Assembly (NCBI RefSeq): GCF_009914755.1
Contig: NC_060929.1
Length of the DNA: 64,000 nucleotides
Strand: one strand, 5' to 3'
Source: the human T2T-CHM13v2.0 reference genome, Homo sapiens
The notes under the pieces were generated by a model. It had not been told where the DNA came from, did no database searches, and saw only the letters and a list, made by a program, of their open reading frames with translations. The position numbers were made by a program, and so were the translations under genes. Shown here one piece after another: positions 28,840 through 39,900 of this stretch (the first letter of the stretch is position 1; every line of letters starts with the position of its first letter).

Positions 28840-30130
28840 TGTGTCCGGGAGTCCTGGCCCAAGGCGGGCGCAGTCTCCAGCCGCCCCACCCCTGGCTGGG
28901 GGCTCTGCTCAGGGAGCACGGCCGGCAGGGGGGAGGAGGCGTGCGCTAGGCAGCAGCGGGGATGGAGGGAAGGGAGGGGGTCCGCCACCCGCCTGTGCGC
29001 GCCCAGTCCTGCCGCATCCTGGGTGCGCGCCGCCCACCCGCGGGGCGAGTGCCCAGGAGGCGAGGCGCGGCCCGGTGCGCCAGAGGTAGCTCCACCGCGA
29101 GCGTTGTGGGTGGGGCCCGCCGAGCCCGCCTCCCCACCTCCCCCGGCGGCGCCCCAGGCTGCAGTGTTCCGGGAGCTGGGTTATAAAATGCCGGGTTAAG
29201 CGGCAACTCAGACTCAGGATCCCGCTCACGACATGGCCTCGGGCGCTCAGCTCCCGCCGCAGCCGTCGAGCTCAGAGGTCAGCGCCGTCCAGAGCCCAGG
29301 CGGGCGTCCCGGCGCCGGTCTGGAGGAAACAGCCCTGGGCGTTCCTCTCCCGCCGTCTCCGGGGGAGGCCCCTCTGCCCCGAAGCAACCGGAGCAGGTGC
29401 CCTGGGACCCGCCAGCCCGGAGCGGCCTCCCTCCACGCGGCGTCCGCAGCAGTCCCCGTGCGGCCCCGGCGCGGTACGGCGCCAGCCGGGAAAACCGCAG
29501 ACGCGGTCCCCGCCGCCGCCCCAGAGCAAGCTCCGCGGCCGGCTCCACAGTCCCGCAAGCCGCGCAACCTGGAAGGCGACCTGGACGAGCGCCGGCTGCT
29601 CTGCCACTTGCAGCTGGCCCAGGACCGCGAGGCGCGCCTGTGGCGGGGCGGCAAACCCCAGGTACCCGTCGCTGCCGCGTGGCCCTCCTCGCGCGTGCAC
29701 GGCAGGCGGATGTGGCCTCCACCTGCACCCGCGCTCGGGTGTTCTGAAACTGGAGGCCGGGCCCTTCCCCAGGTGTGGCCCCTCACGAGAGGCACGAGGC
29801 TGGATCCACCAGCTTCTCTCTAGGAGGGCGTCTTGCTAGCAGGGCCTTCGGAAGAGGGCCTGTTTGAATCAAGGAACTCAGCCTACGACGAAAAGTGGGC
29901 GCGAGGGGTGGGGGTGATGGGTGAGCCGCTGCGCCGGGGGGCGCTTACTCCCAGCGGGCATGCAGAGGAAGGGACTTCTCACTGCCCCACCCCCCGCACC
30001 TTAAGCAGGAGGCTCCTGCTGCTGGGGGACCAGGAGTGGCCGCTAGCGACCTTCCTCGCCCCACCTGCTCTTCTTCCTAGCAGGATGAAATCTGCGACGC
30101 CTTCGAGGAAGTCGTGCTGTGGCTCCTGCG
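28840..30130 (+). promoter_or_regulatory. CCNI2: CCNI2 CpG island with TATA box (TATAAAA 29182-29188)
   Basis: CpG-dense block spanning exon 1; canonical TATAAAA about 45 nt before the ATG. Confidence 0.75.
29233..29661 (+). CDS. CCNI2: CCNI2 (cyclin I family member 2) coding exon 1
   Basis: gacATGG start; 143 codons, Pro/Ala-rich then cyclin-I-like LDERRLLCHLQLAQDREARLW; donor CAG|gtaccc. Confidence 0.9.
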
Positions 30131-30212
30131 GCTTCAGAACACCTTTTACTTCTCCCAGTCCACTTTTAACCTGGCCCTCACCATCTTTGGCCGCCTCCTG
30201 ATTTCAGTGAAG
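30084..30212 (+). CDS. CCNI2: CCNI2 coding exon 2 (cyclin box helices 1-2)
   Basis: cttcctagcag|GAT...AAG|gtaggg; 129 nt; DEICDAFEEVVLWLLRLQNTFYFSQSTFNLALTIFGRLLISVK. Confidence 0.92.
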
Positions 30213-30710
30213 GTAGGGAGGCCTCTGAGGGACGGTGGCAGATGGTGAGAGAAGAAACTAACCTTTGCTCCCCATTCCTGCTTGAGAGGTGAGGGTTTCC
30301 AGATGCTCAAAACCAAGGTGTATAAACTAACTTGCTCCGAGTGGAAGAGCTGGTGTTGGAACCTCTCCACATCCTACACTGGCTGTCTCAGGGTCATGTA
30401 GTCATCAGGATTGGACTTGGGGAGCGTGAGAGGACCTAGCTGGGAAAGGGCTTCCTGTGTAATGAGGTAGGATGTGCTTGTCTCGACCTGTCGAGGGCAG
30501 CTTGAGGCTAGGATGAGACTGGGTTCCCTGAGAAGGTGCCATATTTCCCACCTCCAGTCAGTCCCGAAATGAAGGAATACTGCCCAGTCATCTGCAGTTC
30601 TGAAATCAGGAGCATCTTCGTTGGTCAGATCTAAAAACGGCACTAACATTCTGTCTTGTGGAGAAATTGAGCCTTTTAAAAATGGGAAAAAAAAGCTTAT
30701 TAAAACAAAC

Positions 30711-30997
30711 GGCTGGGCGCAATGGCTCACGCCTGTAATCCCAGCAATTTGGGAGGCCAAGGGGTGTGGATCACTTGAGGTCAGGAGTTGGAGACCATCC
30801 TGGCCAGCATGGTGAAACCCTGTCTCTACTAAAAATACAAAAATTAGCCAGGTGTGGTGGCCCGCCCCTATAGTCCTAGCTACTCAGGAGGCTGTGACAG
30901 GAGAATCGCTCAAAATCAGGAGGTGGAGGTTGCAGTGAGCCAAGATCATGCCACTGCACTCCAGCCTGGGCAACAGAGTGAGACTCCATGTCAAAAA
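30711..30997 (+). mobile_element. Alu in CCNI2 intron 2
   Basis: Full dimer; AAAACAAAC on both flanks (30702-30710, 31011-31019). Confidence 0.9.
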
Positions 30998-31084
30998 AGT
31001 GTATAAAAGAAAACAAACACAGATGCTTTTCAGTTTGTTTCTGGCATTCATATTCTGCTCAAATGTGTTTGTTCCATACTGCAG

Positions 31085-31159
31085 GTAAAAGAGAAATACC
31101 TGCATTGCGCCACAATTACTTCCTTGAGGCTCGCTGCAAAAGTTAATGAAGAAGAGGAG
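31085..31159 (+). CDS. CCNI2: CCNI2 coding exon 3
   Basis: ctgcag|GTA...GAG|gtatgc; 75 nt; VKEKYLHCATITSLRLAAKVNEEEE (cyclin LAAK motif). Confidence 0.92.
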
Positions 31160-32593
31160 GTATGCATCCTTGGAAGTCCACACTGGGCTGCACTTGAGGT
31201 ATAGGGGTGTAACATTGGAGGACTCCAGTTTCCTGATAGGTCTGTGCCCTTAGGTATGGTGGATGTTTTGAAAAAGTCACCAACTTGCCGGCATCTCTGC
31301 TATCCCTTCCATCGGCTTGTCAGGCTTTGAGACCCCACAAATGAACAAGTAGAGCAGCTGAACTGTCCTGGCCCACCAAACCTAGAGACCTGAACTCTTG
31401 ACAGATACATCTGGCCTCACTGGTTGATGACAGATGCTACCTCTCTCTAAACAGGGGCATCTGCTGTTGAGCAAGGAAAAAGGCCTCCCAAACCATGTGA
31501 CTTAACATCCACCCCAAGCAATTATGTCTAAGAAAGCTGCTTGAGACTTGAGGACTTGGCTGTGTCAATGAAGCTGGTCCTTGGGAACTCTGGGACCCCT
31601 GAGAGGGACAGGAGGGCCATGTGCTGGGGGTAAAGTACAAGGGGCCCATGAGCATTTCAGGCATGGCTGGATGGCTGAATTTCACTGTGGCATCTGTTCA
31701 GGAGGAGATCATCTCCTAATACCCTTTCCAAGCTTTCCTACCTCCCTCCAACTTCTCCCAGTTTGGGGATGGTGAAATCACTGCCATTGCCACGGGGGTC
31801 ACCCTTAGCTGATCTCTGGGTCTGAGGAGGCAGGGAAGAAGTTGTGTGTCCAGTTCCAAACCTTCAATAAAAATGTTTTAAACTCCTGTTTATTAGAATA
31901 GAATTAATGCCCAAGTTGCTTTTGTCCAACTAAAAATCAAGTGACCCTTTTTCTGGAGGTTATAGTAATACTTCTGTTTATCTAAAAACATAGGATCAAG
32001 CCTTTAATGTACTTGGTACTCAAATGTTTACTCATAGACAAGCCTCATTAGTCCCTCTGTGGGAAAAGCCATAGTTTTTCCAGAACTGAACCACCTTCAA
32101 TCAAGGTTGAAGGAAATGTGTTTGCAGTTGCGATGCTAAAAAACCCATAGGAGGTTTTATCAATGTGTCTGGTACAGACTAGGAAGCTCAAAAGCATAGT
32201 TTTTTTCTCTATGCCCAGTACCCACGGTAGGGATCAGGAATAGGGAGAGGCAGAACCCATGGCTCCTGGAAAGCTTGGGGTGAGTTCTTGCAGCTGAACA
32301 GGGGAGATGGCACAGCCCCAGCCTCCAAAGCACCTTTGGGTATGAGCTAGCATGCAGCTGGGGGATCAAGACCCGGTTTCAGAGGGGGACCATGTGATGT
32401 TCACTACATAACTACCTGAGGATTTGACAGATAGCCAAGATCTGGTTTAGTATTTCTTTCAGAAGCATTTTCTGTGGCAGGCCACAGGAAGACAACTCCA
32501 CTAAGGTCATGAATGCCCAGTCCCCATGGGTAAGAAAACAAAAGCTACTATGACATGATGTAGGGCTTTGGCCTCTTTATTTTCTTTTTACAG

Positions 32594-32734
32594 TTTATTC
32601 CACAAGTAAAAGACTTCACAAAGCACTATGGCTCTGACTATTCCCCGAATGAGCTGCTGAGGATGGAGCTGGCTATTCTGGACAGACTGCACTGGGACCT
32701 CTATATTGGGACGCCGCTGGACTTCTTGACTATA
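32594..32734 (+). CDS. CCNI2: CCNI2 coding exon 4
   Basis: ttttacag|TTT...ATA|gtgagt; 141 nt; ...ELLRMELAILDRLHWDLYIGTPLDFLTI, the classic cyclin helix-5 ME..IL..L.W.L...TP..FL motif. Confidence 0.94.
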
Positions 32735-33702
32735 GTGAGTAAGGAGGTGTTTACAGAGTCTACCCTAAACTCGTTTGTGCCTTTGGAACAGCTGTTTACA
32801 ACATGGGATGGCAAAGCACAGGCGTGCACACGCCCTTGCACATGCACCACAGTGAGGTGACGCACAAGGCTCATGACATACGGAAGAGTGAAAAGGTATC
32901 TTAAATCCAACACAGTTCCACCAGACTCCCACTTCTAAAGGACATTAAATTAACTTTACAAAGATTTTTAGACGGCACTATTATGGTGAGTTTCTCTTTT
33001 AAATACACACTGCAAAAATATTTAACTTTCCATTCTATGAATACTGTACATAAATATCTGTCTGCTTTTGCTACACTTTACACACATTCACTTAGCTGTC
33101 TTTATTCACCTACACACAATCCTTATTGAAGCTTTAGACCATATTGATCTGGCACTTAAAAAAATATCATACATTAGTTTGTATTTGTTTTAGTTGGGGG
33201 AATGATGGTCATCCTTAAGGATATGATTCTGTTAGTAAGGCAAAATTATGCAATGTGGAAATCTCATGGGGTTTTGGTTTGTTATGAAGCATGAAGATTA
33301 AATTACTAAAGACTGTTTCATTACGAAAACTGGCCACCGTTGCCAAGTTGCAGAGTTTCGTCTTATGATAAGCAGATACAAGTAACTTTTCTGCTACCTT
33401 GGTCTTGAATAGTATGTTTCTATTTTTCAGAATGGAAACATTGTCATCTAGGTACTTTCCGCTCATAACGATGATGTCACAAAGCAGACTTTTTTTTTTT
33501 TTTGGTCCCGGAGTGGAAGCTCAGCTTGGCCACAGGATGGGCATTAAGCCTCAAGCCCCTTACGGAGCCATGGATAGGAATGAAAAGGGTTGGGCAACAT
33601 TTGATGTTCCCTGATGGAAATTTAAATTGTTTGCACTTTTGATCATTGATATAGGAAAAGTATGGCGTTTTCTGTTCTAACATTAAAAACCATGGTCTCC
33701 AG

Positions 33703-33933
33703 TTCCATGCCCTGGTGGTCCTGAGCTGGCCCCATGTGTTGGAGCTGCTGCCTCAGAGGAATCCTTCCCTCCACGTCGCATCCCTGACCAGGCAGCTGCA
33801 GCACTGTATGGCGGGCCACCAGCTGCTGCAGTTCAAGGGCTCCACACTGGCCTTGGTCATCATCACCTTAGAGCTGGAGAGGCTCATGCCCGGCTGGTGT
33901 GCTCCTATATCTGATCTGCTAAAGAAAGCACAG
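33703..33933 (+). CDS. CCNI2: CCNI2 coding exon 5 (second cyclin fold)
   Basis: ctccag|TTC...CAG|gtagac; 231 nt; [10 protein letters not shown]...[21 protein letters not shown]...LLKKAQ (ORF 33715..33996). Confidence 0.92.
33753..33918 (-). CDS. SEPTIN8: SEPTIN8 distal last exon (NRSDIG...REGFL*, 483 aa), antisense within CCNI2 exon 5
   Basis: tgctttctttag|C AGA TCA GAT...; AA+C=Asn, then 54 codons and TGA (ORF 33753..34097); total 483 aa; the tail matches the canonical SEPT8 C-terminus as I recall it. Confidence 0.85.
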
Positions 33934-34602
33934 GTAGACATCAACTTTGCCCCAGACCAGGCTCTGTGTTTTGCCCCTTTAGCTGACACACTCTGACCCC
34001 AAAGGGGTACCCTTTGCCCTTGTAGCCTCTGGAAAATGTTCTGGCCATAACCCTGGAAAGAGTCTGCCCAAAGGCTAGGCTTTCCACACTTGGTCACGCT
34101 CTATGCACTTGAGATGGGACATGTGTTCCCTTCACTGGACCAATGGGGGTGGTCTCTGAGAGTGAGAGAATCTTTATCTCAATGGGAGCCCTTGTAGCCA
34201 AGAGGACTGTGGGGAGTCAGGGGTATGTCTGGCTTAGGAGGAAGCAACCCTGAGCTTAATACTGAGGAGCATAAATTCTAAACTCCTTCACCTCTCCTTT
34301 GTATGAGTGTGTGGTACCAGGTACAGGGGTACCATGAGGCAAGCATTGTGGGGGCACAAGGAGGAGAGGGGTGTGTCAGAATCCCTCAGAACAGATAGGT
34401 TAGGATGGAATGCATAGTTAGACTAATGACAACTTTACTGAGGTTGGAAATGGATGTCCCTGAGATGGTAGGATTAGTGGTCCTTAGTTGGGTGGTTGGA
34501 CCTTCCTGAACTTGCTTCATGCTAACATTTTGGCACTCAATTGCCAATTTCTTAGAATGTATGATGGTTCTGCTTGAAGATGGCCACTCTATTCTAATAC
34601 AG

Positions 34603-34707
34603 GTTGGTGATATGCAGTACAGCTGCTGCAAGGAACTTGTAATGCAGCAACTGAGAAGTCTTCAGTCATCCTCCTGCACAGACAACTTTGTGTCACCTGC
34701 CAACTAG
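34603..34707 (+). CDS. CCNI2: CCNI2 coding exon 6 (last; stop TAG)
   Basis: taatacag|GTT GGT...AAC TAG; VGDMQYSCCKELVMQQLRSLQSSSCTDNFVSPAN*; all introns phase 0, total 369 aa; AATAAA at 34865-34870 is a candidate poly(A) signal. Confidence 0.88.
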   Translation, partial: VGDMQYSCCKELVMQQLRSLQSSSCTDNFVSPAN

Positions 34708-37700
34708 CCCCTCTGCCTCCACCCCGGGGCTTTCAGAGCATAGTGTGAAACCTCCTTGCTTGGACTACCATGAGTTCTTTGGCTTGTTATGAATCCTGTA
34801 AAAAGGGAAGGTGGCTCTGGAAGAGCAACTGAGAAAAAGTTCCCAACTGAGCCCTTGGAAAAAAAATAAAGGGGAGAGGGGAAAGGCAGGCTGAGGTCAG
34901 TAGAGGTCAGGGTGGTCTGATAGACTATGACCCTGTCTTCCCTTTTTCTCCTCTGGGCCTGAAGCCAGGGAGTATGAATGAATGTTCAAATGGCAGCTTG
35001 TTTTACCTTCCTTCTCCAGCAAGGGTTGGCATTGGCCCCTGGGAGCGCTGGAATATGAAACCAAGAGGCAGGCCTGGCTCAGGGCTGAAGGGCTGGGGCT
35101 AGCTCTGACCAGTTCTTGCTGCTCTACCTGCCAGAGCTGGCCAGGTCCTTCCAACTTCCCAGGCTTATCCCAAACACATATGTGGTGCTTCCAGTCCCAA
35201 CTACCCTGCCTGCCACTCCTCACATGGGACAGTCTCTGCAGATGCATTTACCCAACCATGGCTATGACTTATGTCTTCCCTTTACAAGGACTGGATTATA
35301 AAGTATGCTTTGTTTAATGTAACTTGAGCAAGCTTTAGGCATATCTTTCCTTTGTTACTCTTAAGCAAAGTGGTTTCAGTTATTAGTTTAACTAGAGGGA
35401 TTTTGTGCTAATGAATGGGTATTATAGGCTAACACCTGTGATGGGAGGCACAGCTCTGAATGCTTTCTGTTGGGATGAGCAGGTTCTGAGGCCAAGCCTG
35501 CTCCAACCACAGTGCTGCCAGGAGGAGGAGCCGGCTGCCTCTCTCATGCTGTGCTACCACAGAGCCATTCTCTAAGCAGGGGAGTGCAGCTGACAAAGAT
35601 GCCAGCTGGGGCTGTGTAAGTTGTGTTGGGGGCATGAATGACTGAGCCACACATTCAGAGGTGGTTTGTGAAGTCTTCCACTGTGAACTATGGTTTTTTT
35701 TTTTTTTTTTTTTTTTTGGTGTGTTTGTGTAAATGTGCTAAGCCATGGGGTGGGAGGGGAAAGATTTACTAGGTGCAAAGTGGTCAAGGGCCAGATATAC
35801 TATAATTGTCTATATTATAGAGTTAGTATACATCTGTATTTTTTCTTGACACACTTTTGCTTGTTGGTGCTTTCGTTAAAATTACACTTTAATTGCTTCC
35901 GATCCTGTATGAGTCTTATTTTGAGCTACCATGCATTTAGCCTTGCGAGAGTCAGATACATTTGGAACACTATCTCCTAGGTCATATCAAGAACTCTCCT
36001 CTAGTCCAGAACCCATTTTACAGATGGAGATGCTGAGGCCATGCTGCTCACAGCTTCCAGTGGTGGCCGTTGAGTGCCCTCTGCCTCCTTCCTTCCAGTG
36101 TAAGTGGGACCACAGTGCATGAGGCAGAAGGACATCCTGAGGGCCCATACCAGTTTAGGCATCCCAGGCTTTAGGGGAACTGCTGGAAGACATCTGCTGC
36201 TTAACCAGGTGGCTATGGATGTGAGCTGGATTCTGAGAGCTGATCCAACTCAAACCTCTTGGAGAAAGCAGAGGGTAGACATGTGAGTCCTAGGACTGGG
36301 GTAAGAGACAACCTTCTGCTCTGGCTTTCTATAAATGATAGAACTCTTCTATAGGGAAGCTCACTTTTGTATTGCCGAAGTCCCACTCGTGGATTTTTAA
36401 AAATCTTATGTGCTTTTCAAGCTTGCCGTGGGGCCCCAGGTCCCATCCTACTTCCCTCTAATATTCTTTTCTGACATTAGGAACTCCTATCCCACCTCAA
36501 CTCAGAGATTGGGAAACATTTCTCAGGGAGAAATATGGATACAATCTATTTTCCTTTTGACCCCAGCTATTGAAAGGCAGGGATTGGTGAAGGAATGAGG
36601 CTGAAGAAAATGGAGATGGAAAAAGCTCAGAGGCAGATGCTATGGCAGAAAGAAAGGTAGGTGGGCTCAGGGAGGAACAGGGCAGGGGGAGCATCATAGA
36701 CCTGTCTTAAACTTGTCCAAACAGTACTTCCCTGAAATGAATGAGCCAAGTCATTTGATGATGTTTCCACCACCTAGGAGGCCCTCCTCCCCCTGGCTTC
36801 CTGGAGAGTCTCTGTCCTTCAAAGCTTGGTGAATACTTTACTTTGCCTCCCTGCTGCCTGCACAAGTAGAGCTGAGCTATGCCTGCATTAGGGATGTGTT
36901 CATACCACTCTCCCTGCAGGGGTCCCCATTTTCTCATTTTGGTCTTCCCAAACCTACCTAGTGCTCAATGGAGAAAGCTCCTTAAAAAACAAACCCACAT
37001 ACTTTTTATCACTTCTTTTCACCAGTCTGCTCTTCCTCAGCCACTTTTGCCTGTCCCCTAGGGCTTTCTACCTCTAAAAAACAGTCTCAGGTCCACCAGC
37101 CCACACCATCAGGCTGTGTACTTTAACACTAGCCACACTTTCACTACTCTTCCATCATTCCATTGAGATGCCAAGGAGCAGGTGTAGCTCAGGATTTAAG
37201 GGTACAGACTACCAGCGTTCAAATCTCAACTTCTCCAGTTACTTGCCATGTAACCTTGGGTAATTACTTAAACCTCTGTGCTTCAGCTATAAAATGGGGA
37301 TGAATGGTCCCTAATCATAGGATTAGGATGAGGATTAGAGGAGTTAATGCATGTAATATGGTTCCGAGCAGTCCTGGCACTCGAATATTAGTAGTCCCGT
37401 GGCAAGCCTTTGTGTTAAGGAGGAACACTCCTCAAGGGCAGGTGCCCCTTTTCTCATGTCCTGCACCCAGTTAACCAATAAAGATTCATGGACCACAGGC
37501 TGCCCCTTTACCTTCCTGTAACTTTCCTGTGACTCTTCCCTCCATCCCCCACCTATGCAAGAGCCTTTCACAGATGTCTGTAGCAGGGTTTCCTATTAAA
37601 ACAATTCCTACAGAAGTAGATCAACCTCCACAAAATTCAAAGAACAGACAAGCTGTATTTTACCACAGTTGTAGCAGATTAATGGGCTCAGGAAACGTTA

Positions 37701-37757
37701 AATCAGAAAAGCTACTGCCCAAAAAAGACACCACAAAAACTCAAAATAAATGCAAAA

Positions 37758-37763
37758 TTTAAT
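37758..37763 (-). terminator. SEPTIN8: Candidate distal poly(A) signal ATTAAA of the long SEPTIN8 3' UTR
   Basis: ATTAAA on minus followed by a strong U/GU-rich downstream element (ttttgagtttttgtggtgtctttttt). Confidence 0.45.
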
Positions 37764-39894
37764 GAAAAAAATAAGTACAAAGTGAATGGAAAAGAACAAA
37801 AACAGTCAATGAATGCAGGAGTAAATGAATTAACACGTGAAGCAATTTTAGAAAAGCATGTTAACGTAACAGACTAGCAAGCCACACTTCCTCAGGCCTC
37901 GTATCCATGAGCCCCACTTAACAGGGAGCCCACATTTACACATACACAAACATATGCAGTCAGTAATGCACAATTACAAACCACCTAGATCAGGGTACCC
38001 ACAACTAGAAAGAACATATTTCCACATCGGCCTGGGACAGGTCTGGTTTATGCCTTTTGATCTGGTGTAATTAATAGCATCCCCTTTCTCTCTCAATAGT
38101 CCCAATTTGGGCAACGAATTATATGGTGATTCTTCTACCTCAAACAAACATGGTTTATGATAAAGACATGATAGTAAATGCCAACATGATCCTGTAAGAC
38201 AGCCCTAATAAAGCCAACAAATGACAATGAGAAAAAGAGGGGTAAATGAGACTCTGCAGACAGGGTCACATTCTATGGGGGCTAACTTACTAAACAGTGG
38301 CAAGTTTTAAGCTCACTTTATGCACCAAGGTTTAATTTGGTCTCAGCTAAAGAAGACAAAATTCCAAACACAAACAGCAGGGGAGAGGTGCAGTGAGGCT
38401 TGCTGGAGGGACCTGTGGAGGCAGCTCAGACCAGAAAACACAAGTCTGTCAAGTGTCCTGAAGATCCTGGGAAGGCTTAGGCCCGCAGGCAGCCAGCCAC
38501 GAGTATGGCCTTTCAGTATGCCTGGGGTGCGACCCGCAGGCCACAATGGACGAATGGCCAAGTCTGCATACTCCAGAGTCCTAGGTTGGCCCATGAACCA
38601 GGAATTCTCATTTCTTATGTATCCAATGAACCTGCTGGGTCACCAGGCCTCATCTTCATAAATATGTTAGCTGAGAGAGGCTATCTTAAAGGTCATGCTC
38701 TGACCCAACTGCATACACTTTCAGACATAAAATTACCCTAGAGATGAGCCATTGGCAGCCCACATTTGCCCTGGATATGCCAGTTTACCTTTTTAGATAC
38801 CCTCACTGAAGCATCAGTTTTCAATTGCAACCAGATACGGACTTATTGTGACGCTAAGGAAGCTTAATCTTCAGGGCCCCTTCCAAGACCCTGTACCTAA
38901 TTTTATATTAACATTGTTTTTCTTAAAGAAGTCTTTCTAAATAATTCAAGCTTTCAGCCCCATAAAATTTAGATCCACCCCTGGTCATAGCATAAAAAGT
39001 TGAATTGTCACTAGAACCTGCTCTGCTGCTGGAGCATGGAGCCCCTCACAGGTAAAGGCTGCCTCTTCCTGGCCGTGCCTCGGTGGACACACACAGCTCA
39101 CCCCTCCACTTCTCCCTGAGCAGAACATCATCTCAGGAAGGCAGGAGGAAGCCAGGACTTGGTCCTGGAAATCAATAATGCAAGCCAGACAGAAAGGGGG
39201 AAATGGTCATGAGAAGGAAGACAGGGGCATGAAAAGCAAACTACCAATTCCACAATAAATTAGCACGTCTTCCTGAGGCTTCCAGCCAGGGAGTAGGCTA
39301 GACTGTGAGCTCCTTGAGGGGAGCGTTGTGCATTCCTCTGGGTAGCTCCAGTGCCCAGCACGGTGCTTCAACATTAAAACTACCCTTCCTTTCATTTAGT
39401 CATTTTACATCTCCCATTTTACCAGGCCGTATTCTCAACACTGACATTCTTGGTGGCTTGTAAACCAACAGGAGCATAGAAGAGTCAAAGCTGCTAGTAC
39501 TTCCTTAAAATGTTCCCCTTTAGAGTGCAGCTGAAGGGGAAAGCTCCTTTGCCGCTCATTTTTCCCTAATTGTCTATATACATCAGACACCTTCATCTCT
39601 TCACCCTGTGACCCAGCCAGGAAAGAAGCAATGACTTTGAGGTAACAACCTTTTTCCCACTGAGTACTCTTTACATTTGGAATATGCAGGATTTGCTTGG
39701 GAGTCTTAATTGGAGTCAAACACTTAACACACACACATGGAGTTGGTCCCTGTCTACAGGTAGCACCTCTGGGGCACAGACAACAGCTTTGGGCTGCTGT
39801 TCCATTTACATTCACAGTAAAAACGCTGGACATGGTCTTGTTCATGTTCCAATTCCATCCATAAAGAAATGCCAAACACTGTCATTACAGGAAG

Positions 39895-39900
39895 TTTATT
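39895..39900 (-). terminator. SEPTIN8: Candidate proximal SEPTIN8 poly(A) signal AATAAA
   Basis: AATAAA on minus followed by GU/U-rich gtgtttggcatttcttt, a few hundred nt past the 429/442-aa stops. Confidence 0.55.

Noticed and set aside
34556-34602. Upstream AG acceptor for CCNI2 exon 6 (ORF 34519..34707 extension)
   Set aside because: It adds 47 nt and shifts the frame; the 34603 acceptor gives the cyclin-I-like continuation.
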